NCBI GenBank assembly: GCA_050294405.1
Contig: JBNKOC010000028.1
Coordinates: 320,001-384,000 of the forward strand
DNA from: Fibrobacteria bacterium
GTDB taxonomy: Bacteria > Fibrobacterota > Fibrobacteria > UBA11236 > JADFYW01
Reading direction: 5' to 3'
Length of the DNA: 64,000 nucleotides
A program made the translations under genes and the position numbers. Under the pieces are notes generated by a model. That model did no database searches and had not been told where the DNA came from. It worked only from the letters and a program-made list of their open reading frames with translations. Of this stretch, positions 10,537 to 19,794 are shown piece after piece. Each line of letters starts with the position of its first letter. Positions within the stretch are counted from its first letter, which is position 1.

Positions 10537-11166
10537 CTAGTTAGAAGATCTTAAAATGTTAATAGTTCTTGCCGCACTGCTTAGTGCCTGTGATTCTATA
10601 TGATCTGCCTTATTGTGCAAAAAATTATGCAATAAAATAAGGGGGAAGCTAACAACAAGTCCTGCCTGTGTAGTAAGAAGGGCTTGAGAAATTCCTGTTG
10701 CCATCATAGCCGGGTTGCCTATTCCGAATTCTGTTATTATTTGAAACGTGGCTACCATACCGGCCACAGTTCCCAATAATCCAAGCAAGGGGGCCGAGTT
10801 GGCCATAATGCCAATGGTATTAAAATGTCGCTCCATTTTATTGGTAAAATCTGTCAAAACTTCCTGGGCTTTGTTGCTTAGTCCTTTTTCTTCTTTAATA
10901 TTTAATTGAGAAAGCTCCCTGATTAATGTACCCTCCAGACCATTTAAGGATTTCCCTTGAATTTTGGCGAACTCAATAAATTCATTGGATGTTATTGGGG
11001 CTTTTTTCCAAAATTGGATACTATTGCTTTTAAGGGAATGGAGGTAAAAATACCGTTCAATTATAAATATCCAACCAATTTGCGCAATAATAAAAATAGG
11101 GATTAATACATAGCCTCCCCGGCTTAAAATTTCCAGCACACCTTCTACTATTAGGGAGTATTCCAT
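10537..11166 (-). CDS. exbB: MotA/TolQ/ExbB proton channel protein
   Basis: APLLGLLGTVAGM, GISQALLTTQAGL. Confidence 0.93.
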   Translation of the reverse strand: MEYSLIVEGVLEILSRGGYVLIPIFIIAQIGWIFIIERYFYLHSLKSNSIQFWKKAPITSNEFIEFAKIQGKSLNGLEGTLIRELSQLNIKEEKGLSNKAQEVLTDFTNKMERHFNTIGIMANSAPLLGLLGTVAGMVATFQIITEFGIGNPAMMATGISQALLTTQAGLVVSFPLILLHNFLHNKADHIESQALSSAARTINILRSSN

Positions 11167-11172
11167 TGGATA

Positions 11173-12672
11173 TTAACCCTTTGGCCACAAAATATTTAAG
11201 GTTTTAAGGGCATAAGATTCCATTTTGTTTACCAGTCCATCCATCCTATTTGCAATAAAATTGTGAGCAATTAAAATGGGTACCGATATGGCGAGACCAG
11301 CTTGAGTGGTAATAAGTGCAACCGAAATACCGCTTGCCATTAATTTTGGATCACTGGTCCCGTATAAGGTAATGGATTCAAATAGTTCAATCATTCCAGC
11401 TACTGTTCCCAACAGTCCGAGCAGAGGTGCTGCAGCACCCAGAACCGAAATAGTGGCCAATCTTTTTTCCAATGCAGGACTTTCTTTATAAAGAATTTCC
11501 TGAAGGTTTTTTTCTGCCATTTCCCGAGTGGAATCTTTTTGATTGATAATGGCCAGCATTGCATTGGCGACTGAACTTTTCTTTTGGTCATGGCATAAAT
11601 TTTTAGCGCTTTGGATATCTCCATTTTTAAGCATATCCAATATGTTGTTTAACAACTTTTGCTTTCCGGAGTTTTTGTAAATCCAGAAAACATATCTTTC
11701 AATTAGCAAAAGCAAAGCAGCTATTGCGATTAAAGCAAGCGGCCACATCCAGATTCCACCATCTTTTAAATAGGATTTTGCGCTTGCTACGATTCCTTTT
11801 TTTTCTTCAGCTGTATAACCGGCAGCGACACTTCTGGTGCGCAATACATCCATGGGTATAAGCAATAATTGATCTTTCCCTGTGGTGATTTTATTCAGAT
11901 TTTTATCTAACTCCTGTTTGGCATTATCGGTTATGTTTTCCCGCCATTCAAAGAGCCTTCCCGTAGTATTGTTATTGCGTAGCAATAGACCAGATTGCTT
12001 GCTTTCATTGTCCAGATAGGCAGCACCGACCATGCCTATTCGCAGGAAAAGGCCTTCGCCAGGCTCCTGATTGGCCCGAATAAACCCTTTTTCACTTAGC
12101 TCAATTGTTCGGGATAAATTAAGCTCCTTCTGGAAAAAACCCAATACATCGTTGAGTACTTCTTCGGGGCTGTCTTTTTTTTCATCAATGGATTTTGAAA
12201 CATCATTAAGCCATTTTTGCCGTTCTGGAATTAATAGCGGAAACTCTTTTTCCATTCTGGATCTGAGATCATTTAAAACAGAGCGTTGCTGGGTTGATAA
12301 CCCCAGATACTGGATTTTGGCGGCCTCTTCCTTTGCTTTTAATTCTTCTACGTCTCGCAAATAAACTTCTATTTGTTCTCGAAGCCGGTCCAGCTGGCCG
12401 TTTCTTAATTCCAGTTTTTCTTTTAAATCTTCGTATTCATCATTGAATTTTTCTCTGGCATCGTTGTATACACGCCTGTCTTCCCAGCGTTTGGCGATAA
12501 CCCTGTCTCGCTGTTGACGCAATTCTTCCAGTTCGATTTTTAAGGCTTTGACTTTATCAGATACATCTTCTTCCTGATATTTTTGGCCAAACCCGGGATT
12601 TAAGATCAGAAATAAAATTAAAAAGGAAGATAAAAACACATCTCTTTTTTTGATAGGAGGTATATTAAACAT
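11173..12672 (-). CDS. TtpC-like protein: signal peptide + coiled coil/DUF3450-like region fused to ExbB channel domain
   Basis: C-terminal APLLGLLGTVAGMI..GISVALITTQAGL; N-terminal coiled coil; LRIG motif shared with the neighbouring DUF3450 protein. Confidence 0.85.
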   Translation of the reverse strand: MFNIPPIKKRDVFLSSFLILFLILNPGFGQKYQEEDVSDKVKALKIELEELRQQRDRVIAKRWEDRRVYNDAREKFNDEYEDLKEKLELRNGQLDRLREQIEVYLRDVEELKAKEEAAKIQYLGLSTQQRSVLNDLRSRMEKEFPLLIPERQKWLNDVSKSIDEKKDSPEEVLNDVLGFFQKELNLSRTIELSEKGFIRANQEPGEGLFLRIGMVGAAYLDNESKQSGLLLRNNNTTGRLFEWRENITDNAKQELDKNLNKITTGKDQLLLIPMDVLRTRSVAAGYTAEEKKGIVASAKSYLKDGGIWMWPLALIAIAALLLLIERYVFWIYKNSGKQKLLNNILDMLKNGDIQSAKNLCHDQKKSSVANAMLAIINQKDSTREMAEKNLQEILYKESPALEKRLATISVLGAAAPLLGLLGTVAGMIELFESITLYGTSDPKLMASGISVALITTQAGLAISVPILIAHNFIANRMDGLVNKMESYALKTLNILWPKG

Positions 12673-13514
12673 TAATTTTCCCCCTTTGAAGGTTGCTGAA
12701 TAGGAAGCAATACCAGAGAGGGAGCCGCTTTTCCTTGAGCTACAGCTAAAGCCGTTTTAATATTTTGCTTTAATTCAAGATTTAAGTCTTTATCATGCCA
12801 AACATAGCTTTGATTTTCAATAGTTTGGTAAGCAACTGTGTTTCCATCAAGACTAACATAAGCCAAAATAACTGCCCCGAGTCTTAAATAAGTTCCTTCG
12901 GACTGCTGTCCATCGGTTGTTTGGTATGACCCGCTAAAAACTTCAGAGTCATAGCCTATGTTAATAGCCTCTTGCAAAATGGAAAACAAGCGAGAAATCC
13001 CCTCTTCGGGGGATATAATTCCATCCCTAAGTTCCTGTTTTAAATTGTTTAAATTTTGAATTCTTCGTTCTTGTTGGTGGGGAAAATCTGTTTTGAAATA
13101 GCTATTGAGACTATCGATTTGTTTGGCAATATGTTGGTGCATGCTGTTGCGTTTTTCATCGTAATGTTTGGAACCAGATGCTAATCTTGATTTTTGTGCT
13201 TTTAGTTTTCCCAATCGCCCTTCCACTTCCTGGATTTTTTTATCTAAATCAGTCAACTGCTTATTTAGGGCGGCTATTTTTTGACCTTTTCGCTTTTCAA
13301 AGTCTTCTGCCTTTTTCTTTTCGGCCTGATGTAATTCTTTTTCCCGTTTAATTTCTCTTTCCACTCTGGCCATTTCTCTTTGAATGCCAGTTAAGGTTTC
13401 CTGGCCTTGCAGGTTTGATAGTGTAAATAGAAAGCAGATAATGGATATGTACTTTGAGCCCAATTTAAAAGAGTGCCTTGGCTTTAAGGGCGAATGAATT
13501 AGCATTTGCAACAA
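12672..13514 (-). CDS. DUF3450 family (TtpB-like) periplasmic coiled-coil protein
   Basis: Coiled coil, DFPHQQERRIQNL, YLRLGAVILAYVSLDG, AQGKAAPSLVLLP. Confidence 0.8.
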   Translation of the reverse strand: MLQMLIHSPLKPRHSFKLGSKYISIICFLFTLSNLQGQETLTGIQREMARVEREIKREKELHQAEKKKAEDFEKRKGQKIAALNKQLTDLDKKIQEVEGRLGKLKAQKSRLASGSKHYDEKRNSMHQHIAKQIDSLNSYFKTDFPHQQERRIQNLNNLKQELRDGIISPEEGISRLFSILQEAINIGYDSEVFSGSYQTTDGQQSEGTYLRLGAVILAYVSLDGNTVAYQTIENQSYVWHDKDLNLELKQNIKTALAVAQGKAAPSLVLLPIQQPSKGEN

Positions 13515-13616
13515 TTAATTCTCCTGGCTATTGCCGGATTGGCATTGGATGATTCGTTTGGGTAAATTATCAATTTCGCCCTAAAAATGCGAGCATTGGG
13601 GAGGAATTGGTTGTGG

Positions 13617-14369
13617 CTATTTTTTTAAAACACAAATTCCATCAAAATGATGGTAAATTGAAAGTACAAATCCCAAAATAACCCAACGAACGGGGAGAAA
13701 CAAAAGCAAGGATTTCAACCAGCCGAATCGCTTTCCCCGGATGACTGCCGAGTAGGCCAGTTTAGTAATATGGCGATGGTGGGGGTAGCTTTTAATTTTT
13801 GAGAACCCAATTTTTTTAGCCATTTTTTTAATTTTATACGGGGACATACTTTTTTCAGTGACTCCGTATTGCGCAACAGCATTTAATGCGGCTTCCGATT
13901 CACCATGTCCAAATCCCGGTTCGGATGTTATTAATTTTCCTCCTTTTTTAAGGGAGTTATAGGCCTTTTGCAAGGCCTGGAATTCGTTTTCGGCATGATG
14001 AAGGGAGTCATAAAAAATTGCGAAATCAAATTCCTCTTTAAAATCTAAAGACTCATAATCCGAGCAAATGAAATTTAAAGCTGCTAGGGGGTATTTGCCT
14101 GTCCTTTGGTTGGCTAGGTCTATAGCTTCTTTTGCTAAATCTTGGCCAATAACATTAAAACCCCTTTTTGCCAAAAACTCACTAGTCCATCCCGTTCCGC
14201 AACCAAGGTCTAGAATTTTAGCGGGCGGAGCCCCAAGAAAGTTAAAAATCTGGCCTAATTCGGATAAGTGATCGGGACAATCATCTTCTGAAAAGGGCTT
14301 GTCAAAAGCTTGTTGTCGTCCGCTTTCTCCGATGTTTTGAAAGTAAGTTCTATCTCCTTCTTTTCCCAT
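13617..14369 (-). CDS. Class I SAM-dependent methyltransferase
   Basis: ILDLGCGTGW motif I, DSLHH, LKKGG. Confidence 0.9.
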   Translation of the reverse strand: MGKEGDRTYFQNIGESGRQQAFDKPFSEDDCPDHLSELGQIFNFLGAPPAKILDLGCGTGWTSEFLAKRGFNVIGQDLAKEAIDLANQRTGKYPLAALNFICSDYESLDFKEEFDFAIFYDSLHHAENEFQALQKAYNSLKKGGKLITSEPGFGHGESEAALNAVAQYGVTEKSMSPYKIKKMAKKIGFSKIKSYPHHRHITKLAYSAVIRGKRFGWLKSLLLFLPVRWVILGFVLSIYHHFDGICVLKK

Positions 14370-14386
14370 ACGGCTTTCTTATTTAC

Positions 14387-14416
14387 AAAAAAAAAGAGGG
14401 GTTTTCACCCCTCTTT
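14387..14416 (-). terminator. Rho-independent terminator of xylA
   Basis: AAAGAGGGGT-ttt c-ACCCCTCTTT stem followed on the minus strand by a U-run, 18 nt after the xylA stop. Confidence 0.8.
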
Positions 14417-14434
14417 AGCTTTAGCTGAGAAAAA

Positions 14435-15754
14435 CTACAGGTAGCAGTTTAAAAGGCTTTCCAGCATTTCCTGTTTGCCGGAAATTTGCTTGGGTTCGCC
14501 TTCTTTCATCACCCATTCTTCCAATTCTTTGAAATTGGTTGTGCCGGATTCGATTTTGGCGCCAATTCCTGAATCGTAGGAGCTGTATCTGTCAGAAACA
14601 AAATCAGAGATATCGCCATCGGCAATAATTTGCGCAGCAGCTTTAAGGCCTCTGGCAAAAGCATCCATTCCGCCAATGTGGGAGATAAACATATCTTCAA
14701 CATCTGTGGACTCGCGACGAACTTTGGCGTCAAAGTTAAGACCGCCAGTTCCCAAACCGCCTTGATTTAATACCACCAACATAGCCAGGGTTGTGCTTTT
14801 GATGTCCATGTTAAATTGGTCGGTGTCCCATCCGTTTTGAGGATCGCCCACGTTTGCATCAATAGAGCCGAGCATGCCATAGCGAGAGCACATTTCCAAA
14901 TCGTGTTCGAAAGTGTGGCCGGCCAAAGTGGCGTGGTTGGCTTCAATGTTTAGTTTATAGTCCTGATTTAAGCCGTAATGTGTTAAAAAACCCATTACTG
15001 TGGCGGCGTCGAAATCGTATTGGTGCTTTGTGGGTTCCATGGGTTTTGGCTCGATAAGCAAAGTTCCACCAAATCCGATTTCTTTTTTGTAGTCGGCAGC
15101 CATTTGTAAAAAGCTGGCCATGTGGTCTAGTTCTCTTTTTAAATCGGTGTTTAAAAGAGTTTGGTAGCCTTCGCGACCGCCCCAGAATACATAGTTTTCG
15201 CCGCCTAATTCGTAAGTCACTTCCATGGCTTTTTTAACCTGGGCGCAAGCGTAAGCAAATACATGAGCGCTTGGGTTAGTGGAAGCGCCGCACATAAAAC
15301 GGGGATTTGAAAATAAATTGGCAGTGCCCCAAAGAAGTTTAATGCCGGTTTCAGCCTGCATTTCTTTGGCTACTTTAACTACAGCGTCCAAATTTTTGTG
15401 GCTTTCAGCTAAAGAAGAGCCTTCGGGAGCAATGTCTCTATCGTGGAAACAATAATAAGGAACGCCTAATTTTTGAAAAAACTCAAAGGCTACGCGCATA
15501 CGATTTTGTGCGTTTTCCACATCATCGCGGCCAGACTCCCAAGGGCGTTTGATGGTTCCAGGACCGAAAGGATCACCACCGGTGCCACGGAACGTGTGCC
15601 AGTAAGCTACAGAAAAGCGCAAATGCTCTTCCATAGTTGCGCCCATTGTAACTTCTTGAGGGTTATAGTGTTTAAACGCTAGGGGGTTGCGGGAATCGGA
15701 GCCTTCGAAGGCGATTTTTTCGATTCCAGGAAAAAATTCTGTTAAAACTGCCAT
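14435..15754 (-). CDS. xylA: Xylose isomerase (class II)
   Basis: [33 protein letters not shown] motifs; 439 aa. Confidence 0.98.
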   Translation of the reverse strand: MAVLTEFFPGIEKIAFEGSDSRNPLAFKHYNPQEVTMGATMEEHLRFSVAYWHTFRGTGGDPFGPGTIKRPWESGRDDVENAQNRMRVAFEFFQKLGVPYYCFHDRDIAPEGSSLAESHKNLDAVVKVAKEMQAETGIKLLWGTANLFSNPRFMCGASTNPSAHVFAYACAQVKKAMEVTYELGGENYVFWGGREGYQTLLNTDLKRELDHMASFLQMAADYKKEIGFGGTLLIEPKPMEPTKHQYDFDAATVMGFLTHYGLNQDYKLNIEANHATLAGHTFEHDLEMCSRYGMLGSIDANVGDPQNGWDTDQFNMDIKSTTLAMLVVLNQGGLGTGGLNFDAKVRRESTDVEDMFISHIGGMDAFARGLKAAAQIIADGDISDFVSDRYSSYDSGIGAKIESGTTNFKELEEWVMKEGEPKQISGKQEMLESLLNCYL

Positions 15755-15848
15755 TATTTACCTCTGTGTTGCTGTTTAAGGATAATATAATACGATTTTT
15801 GTGGCTAAACCTGCCAAATTAATCTAAAAAAATAGTAAAATAGTCTGA

Positions 15849-16709
15849 ATGACAAAAAATTCAAACCAATATGAGTACGAACGGGTGATTTTGCCCGAGG
15901 GTAAAAACCTGTATCTCGAGCATATTGACTACGCTTTTGAAAAAGAAAAGGTGCGCCACTCCAAGCATTTCCATGAGATGTACGAGCTGATGCTCTTTGA
16001 CAACATCAATGGTTCGGTTTGGATTGATGGAGTGGTTCATAAAATGTTGGGTTCGTTCCTGGTATATGTAAACCCTTTTGCCATTCACGAGTACAACTGG
16101 GAGGGGGGAACCACTTCTTGGTTTATTAGCCAATTTAATCAGGAGGGCTTAAGCCAATTGGAGTTTGCGGAGCCCTTGCCTGATTTTTCCATGGTGGTAA
16201 AGCTAAGGAGTTCGGAATTACTTAGGCTGCGCACTCTCTTCTCCTGGTATCAGGAGTTGGCTCAAAATTCCAAGTTAAGAGAGCAGGCCGATGTGTTTAC
16301 TCTTATTTTGCATTACACAAGAGGGCTTGCCGAAAATTATGGTCCAAGTGAAGTGGAAAACGCCCAGGCCTCTGGACGTAAATTTTTACCTATGTTGCGC
16401 TATATAGAAAGCCAAAACAAATACCATGTATCGGTAGAAGAAGCGTCCAAGCGTTGCGGGCTTTCCCGGTCTCATTTTTTGGCACTTTTTAAACAGGACT
16501 TTAAAATCACCTACCATCAGTTTTTGGTGAACAGAAAAATCAATACCGCAAAAATGTTGCTGGCTGAACAGGATAAAAATATCTCGGAAATAAGTCGGAT
16601 ATTAGAATTTAAAGATCCGGGTTATTTTATCAAGGTGTTTAAAGCGGAAGTGGGGTTGACGCCTCGACAATTTCGCAGTGAAATTACTCTACGGGAAAAA
16701 AATCGCTAG
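15849..16709 (+). CDS. AraC-family transcriptional regulator, divergent from xylA
   Basis: Cupin HFHEMYE sensor domain; C-terminal double HTH (LSRSHFLALFK, FKDPGYFIKVFKAEVGLTPRQFR). Confidence 0.95.
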   Translation: MTKNSNQYEYERVILPEGKNLYLEHIDYAFEKEKVRHSKHFHEMYELMLFDNINGSVWIDGVVHKMLGSFLVYVNPFAIHEYNWEGGTTSWFISQFNQEGLSQLEFAEPLPDFSMVVKLRSSELLRLRTLFSWYQELAQNSKLREQADVFTLILHYTRGLAENYGPSEVENAQASGRKFLPMLRYIESQNKYHVSVEEASKRCGLSRSHFLALFKQDFKITYHQFLVNRKINTAKMLLAEQDKNISEISRILEFKDPGYFIKVFKAEVGLTPRQFRSEITLREKNR

Positions 16710-16716
16710 AAAATAT

Positions 16717-16732
16717 TGTGACCAGGATCACA
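16717..16732. promoter_or_regulatory. Perfect CRP/FNR-family core site TGTGA-N6-TCACA
   Basis: TGTGAccaggaTCACA lies about 115 nt upstream of the ATG at 16847. Confidence 0.5.
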
Positions 16733-16846
16733 GCCTTGGGCTTCGCGAAGCATTCACCCTCAATTCAATGGGCAATTGAATTATATTTATAACCGTTCAA
16801 TTCAGTTTTTTGCACCTTTCAACCTGAGACGAAGCCCGCTCAAACA

Positions 16847-19792
16847 ATGTTTAGCTCCCTTAGCGATGACAAAAAGCAAGCTGCCGTCAGCAAGGTGGTG
16901 GACGAAGGCCGTTTTATCCGTTTGGTCGCAGATGAATTCGGTTTGGAGGAGTCCGAACTTCGAAAGCTGGTGGAAGAACGTCAGTCCAAAGAGCGGCTAA
17001 AGAAAAATGCAACGCCTGGCTTTGCCTCAGCCTTTACCAAGGGAGCTTTCAAACGAGGTGCAGAGAAAAACGATTTTAGTGACGACGATTTTAAAGAGTC
17101 GGATTTTGTCACAGACGAGCCATTGGAAGAAGAAACAACGGGTCCCAAAAATGTAGTGCTTTCCAATGGCCATTTTGAAAAAATCGGTGAAAAGTTCGGT
17201 TTCAATAAAGAAGCCAAAATGGTTTTATCGGCTAAAGCCAAAGAGCCTACCACTAAAAAAAAGGTGACCTTTGAACTCTTCTCCCGCTATAAAGGTGCTG
17301 TAGAGGACATGAAGGCTAAAGCTGAGGGTTTCATTGAAAATGAAATTGCCTCGGCCCAAATAAAATTATTTATCAACTCCGAATTTCACTTTGACGAAAA
17401 AAAATCAGCTGAAGATAGAGTAGAGTATTTTTTCAAAGCGAGCCATCCCGAAGGCACAGAAATACATACAAGTGAAAACTTGCTAATGCCCGAGCGCAAG
17501 CAGTTGCACTTGCTGGAAATGACCGGGGTTAATTTTCACAACGACCGGAAAGTATTATTGCCCGACATAATTTTAGAAAATCCTAATGATATACAAACGG
17601 GGGTAAGGGCCAACGCCGCTTTTGTGACGGTTCTGAAATTCCACGAGAAAAATCCCGATAAGCTTTTATTGGTGGCAGGGCACACCGACCCCAAAGGTTC
17701 TGAATCCCACAATGATGATTTAAGTGTGGAGCGGGCCGTTAACATCTTGTTGTATATAACGGGAAAAATGAACGACTGGGCCTCCCATAGCTTTAAAAAC
17801 CACGCCGCAGAGGATATACAGTTTGTTTTGCTATGGGCAAGTCAGGAGTTTGGCTTTGATTGTCTTCCCGGAGAAATTGATAACGATTTTGGAACCAATA
17901 GTAAAAAAGCCTTAAACAATTTTCGCAATGCCTTTCAAAATCATTTTAAAAGCAACTTATATACACAGACAGAATTAAAGGGAAATACTCCATCCGAGGT
18001 TGATTTTCTTGCTTTTTATATATGTTATGATGATGTATTGGCCCGTTCCATGGATATTGAAATAAAAGAAATTCAAAGCCGCAAAGAGAATTTAACTTTG
18101 ACAGACCCCGCAGGGATTGGCTGCGGTGAGAATTTTCAGATACAAGACCCCGAGGCCGTGGGTGAAGATTCCTTAAAAAATCGCCGTGTGGATTTGCTCT
18201 TTTTTGATCCTGGAGAATTGCCGGAACTTAAAAAATCTCCTCCCGGCCAGGAAATTTACGGGGATAGTGAATTTGAAATACTAATTCTAACGGCTGATTT
18301 TGATAAGAAAAAATTGGAGCCCGGAGTTATTTTTGTTCAGCATGTTCGCAATGAAAATAAACCCATTGCTGATGTTAACTTTCGCTTGTTTAAAGGAACA
18401 GAAGTTGTAGAATCCGGGAAAACCGACGCCGAGGGAATCATTCAAGTGGAAGCTTTGGAACCCGGGGAGTTTTCCCTGGAATTGGATTCGCAAATCCCGC
18501 CTTTACGTGTGGAAATTCCCTTTGAAAAAGATCAAAATCCCACAGAGCCTTTAATTGTGCAATCGGAGCGAGGAGCAAGAGCCCATTTAATTGAGCTTGG
18601 CGATATTTCCTTTAATACAAATCATGAAATATTACTTCCCGATATAATTATTGAAAATCCTAACGATGTGGAAACAGGAGTTAGAGCAGATGCAGTATTT
18701 AAAAAGACACTGGAATTTTTAGATGAAAATCCTGAAATAAAAGTCCTTGTTGCTGGTCATACGGATACCGTAGGTCAGGATGGTGACAATGATGATTTGA
18801 GTACGGAACGGGCCATGAATGTATTGCTTTATTTATCTGCAAAGAAGGAAGCCTGGGCCGAACATTCTTTTAAATTTCAAGAAGCGGACGACTATCAGTT
18901 TATTTTGCTTTGGGCTCACCGGGAATTTGGCTTTGACTGCAACCCCGGTGAAATTGATAACGATTTTGGGAGCGGTTCCAAAACGGCCCTTAAAAATTTT
19001 AGACGGGATTTTAACGCACATTTTGAAACAGAATTATTTACAGAAGCAGAACTTAATGACGGGACTCGCAAAGAAGTGGACTGGCTTGGGTTTTACATAT
19101 GTTATGATGATGTATTATCCAGAGCAATGGGTATAAGCCTAAAAGAACTTGAAACTAAAAAGCAGGGTATCAAATTCACTGATCCTCAGGGTATTGGTTG
19201 TGGGGAAAACTTTCCCATTGAAAACCCGGATCAGGATAACTTTGATAGCCTTCGAAACCGCCGCGTAGATATTTTGTTTTTCGAACCTGGTGAAGAGCCC
19301 GATTTGACGATAGCACCTCCCGGACAACCTATATATGGAGATGGCGGCTATATATTGATTCCTATTGGCACTGAAGATTTGCTTTTGCCTAAGATTGTGG
19401 AATTTTTTGCCCGACCTGCATCCCACGACAACATAGCTGAAAAACCCCATAATGTAATTGTTCCACCAGGAGAGAAAATCATCCTTCATGTTAAGCTATC
19501 AGATACTGAGGCTTTTGATATTACACTATTTAAATCAGACGGCACAACGGGGGATTTTCAAAAGCCCGGTGAAGGGGTCATTGAAAAAACCTCTGAACCT
19601 AAAGAATTCAATTTTGAATTTGAGCCCACCGAAACCAGCCAATTTTTTCTAAAGGCAGAAAATGAATTTGGAGAAAAAGTATCAGAAGTGCCCATAAATA
19701 TTTTTGTAGGTGATGCTGGGTCGACCCTATTAAAGGGAGTGGATTTTGTGAGTTTGGGGGCGGCCCCCCAACCAGCTGAGGAGGAGGGATAA
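16847..19792 (+). CDS. Large acidic protein: N-terminal HTH-like segment, two OmpA_C-like domains each with a PG-binding-like insert, a transthyretin-like linker and a C-terminal beta domain; no signal peptide
   Basis: Two copies of LVAGHTD..G....N.DLS.ERA ... GIGCGENF ... NRRVD; inserts C.PGEIDNDFG..SK.AL.NFR; linker SGKTDAEG. Confidence 0.8.
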   Translation: MFSSLSDDKKQAAVSKVVDEGRFIRLVADEFGLEESELRKLVEERQSKERLKKNATPGFASAFTKGAFKRGAEKNDFSDDDFKESDFVTDEPLEEETTGPKNVVLSNGHFEKIGEKFGFNKEAKMVLSAKAKEPTTKKKVTFELFSRYKGAVEDMKAKAEGFIENEIASAQIKLFINSEFHFDEKKSAEDRVEYFFKASHPEGTEIHTSENLLMPERKQLHLLEMTGVNFHNDRKVLLPDIILENPNDIQTGVRANAAFVTVLKFHEKNPDKLLLVAGHTDPKGSESHNDDLSVERAVNILLYITGKMNDWASHSFKNHAAEDIQFVLLWASQEFGFDCLPGEIDNDFGTNSKKALNNFRNAFQNHFKSNLYTQTELKGNTPSEVDFLAFYICYDDVLARSMDIEIKEIQSRKENLTLTDPAGIGCGENFQIQDPEAVGEDSLKNRRVDLLFFDPGELPELKKSPPGQEIYGDSEFEILILTADFDKKKLEPGVIFVQHVRNENKPIADVNFRLFKGTEVVESGKTDAEGIIQVEALEPGEFSLELDSQIPPLRVEIPFEKDQNPTEPLIVQSERGARAHLIELGDISFNTNHEILLPDIIIENPNDVETGVRADAVFKKTLEFLDENPEIKVLVAGHTDTVGQDGDNDDLSTERAMNVLLYLSAKKEAWAEHSFKFQEADDYQFILLWAHREFGFDCNPGEIDNDFGSGSKTALKNFRRDFNAHFETELFTEAELNDGTRKEVDWLGFYICYDDVLSRAMGISLKELETKKQGIKFTDPQGIGCGENFPIENPDQDNFDSLRNRRVDILFFEPGEEPDLTIAPPGQPIYGDGGYILIPIGTEDLLLPKIVEFFARPASHDNIAEKPHNVIVPPGEKIILHVKLSDTEAFDITLFKSDGTTGDFQKPGEGVIEKTSEPKEFNFEFEPTETSQFFLKAENEFGEKVSEVPINIFVGDAGSTLLKGVDFVSLGAAPQPAEEEG
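17501..19367 (+). repeat. Intragenic duplication of the OmpA-like module (copies ~17501-18290 and ~18578-19367)
   Basis: LLPDII.ENPND..TGVRA, FYICYDDVL and GIGCGENF recur at a 1077-nt offset; ATATGTTATGATGATGTATT is present in both copies. Confidence 0.9.
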
Positions 19793-19794
19793 CT

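Noticed and set aside
16776..17000. 74-aa alternative-frame ORF overlapping the HTH region (possible IS3 frameshift partner)
   Set aside because: TTG start, no integrase/DDE motifs and no terminal repeats; no evidence of an IS element.
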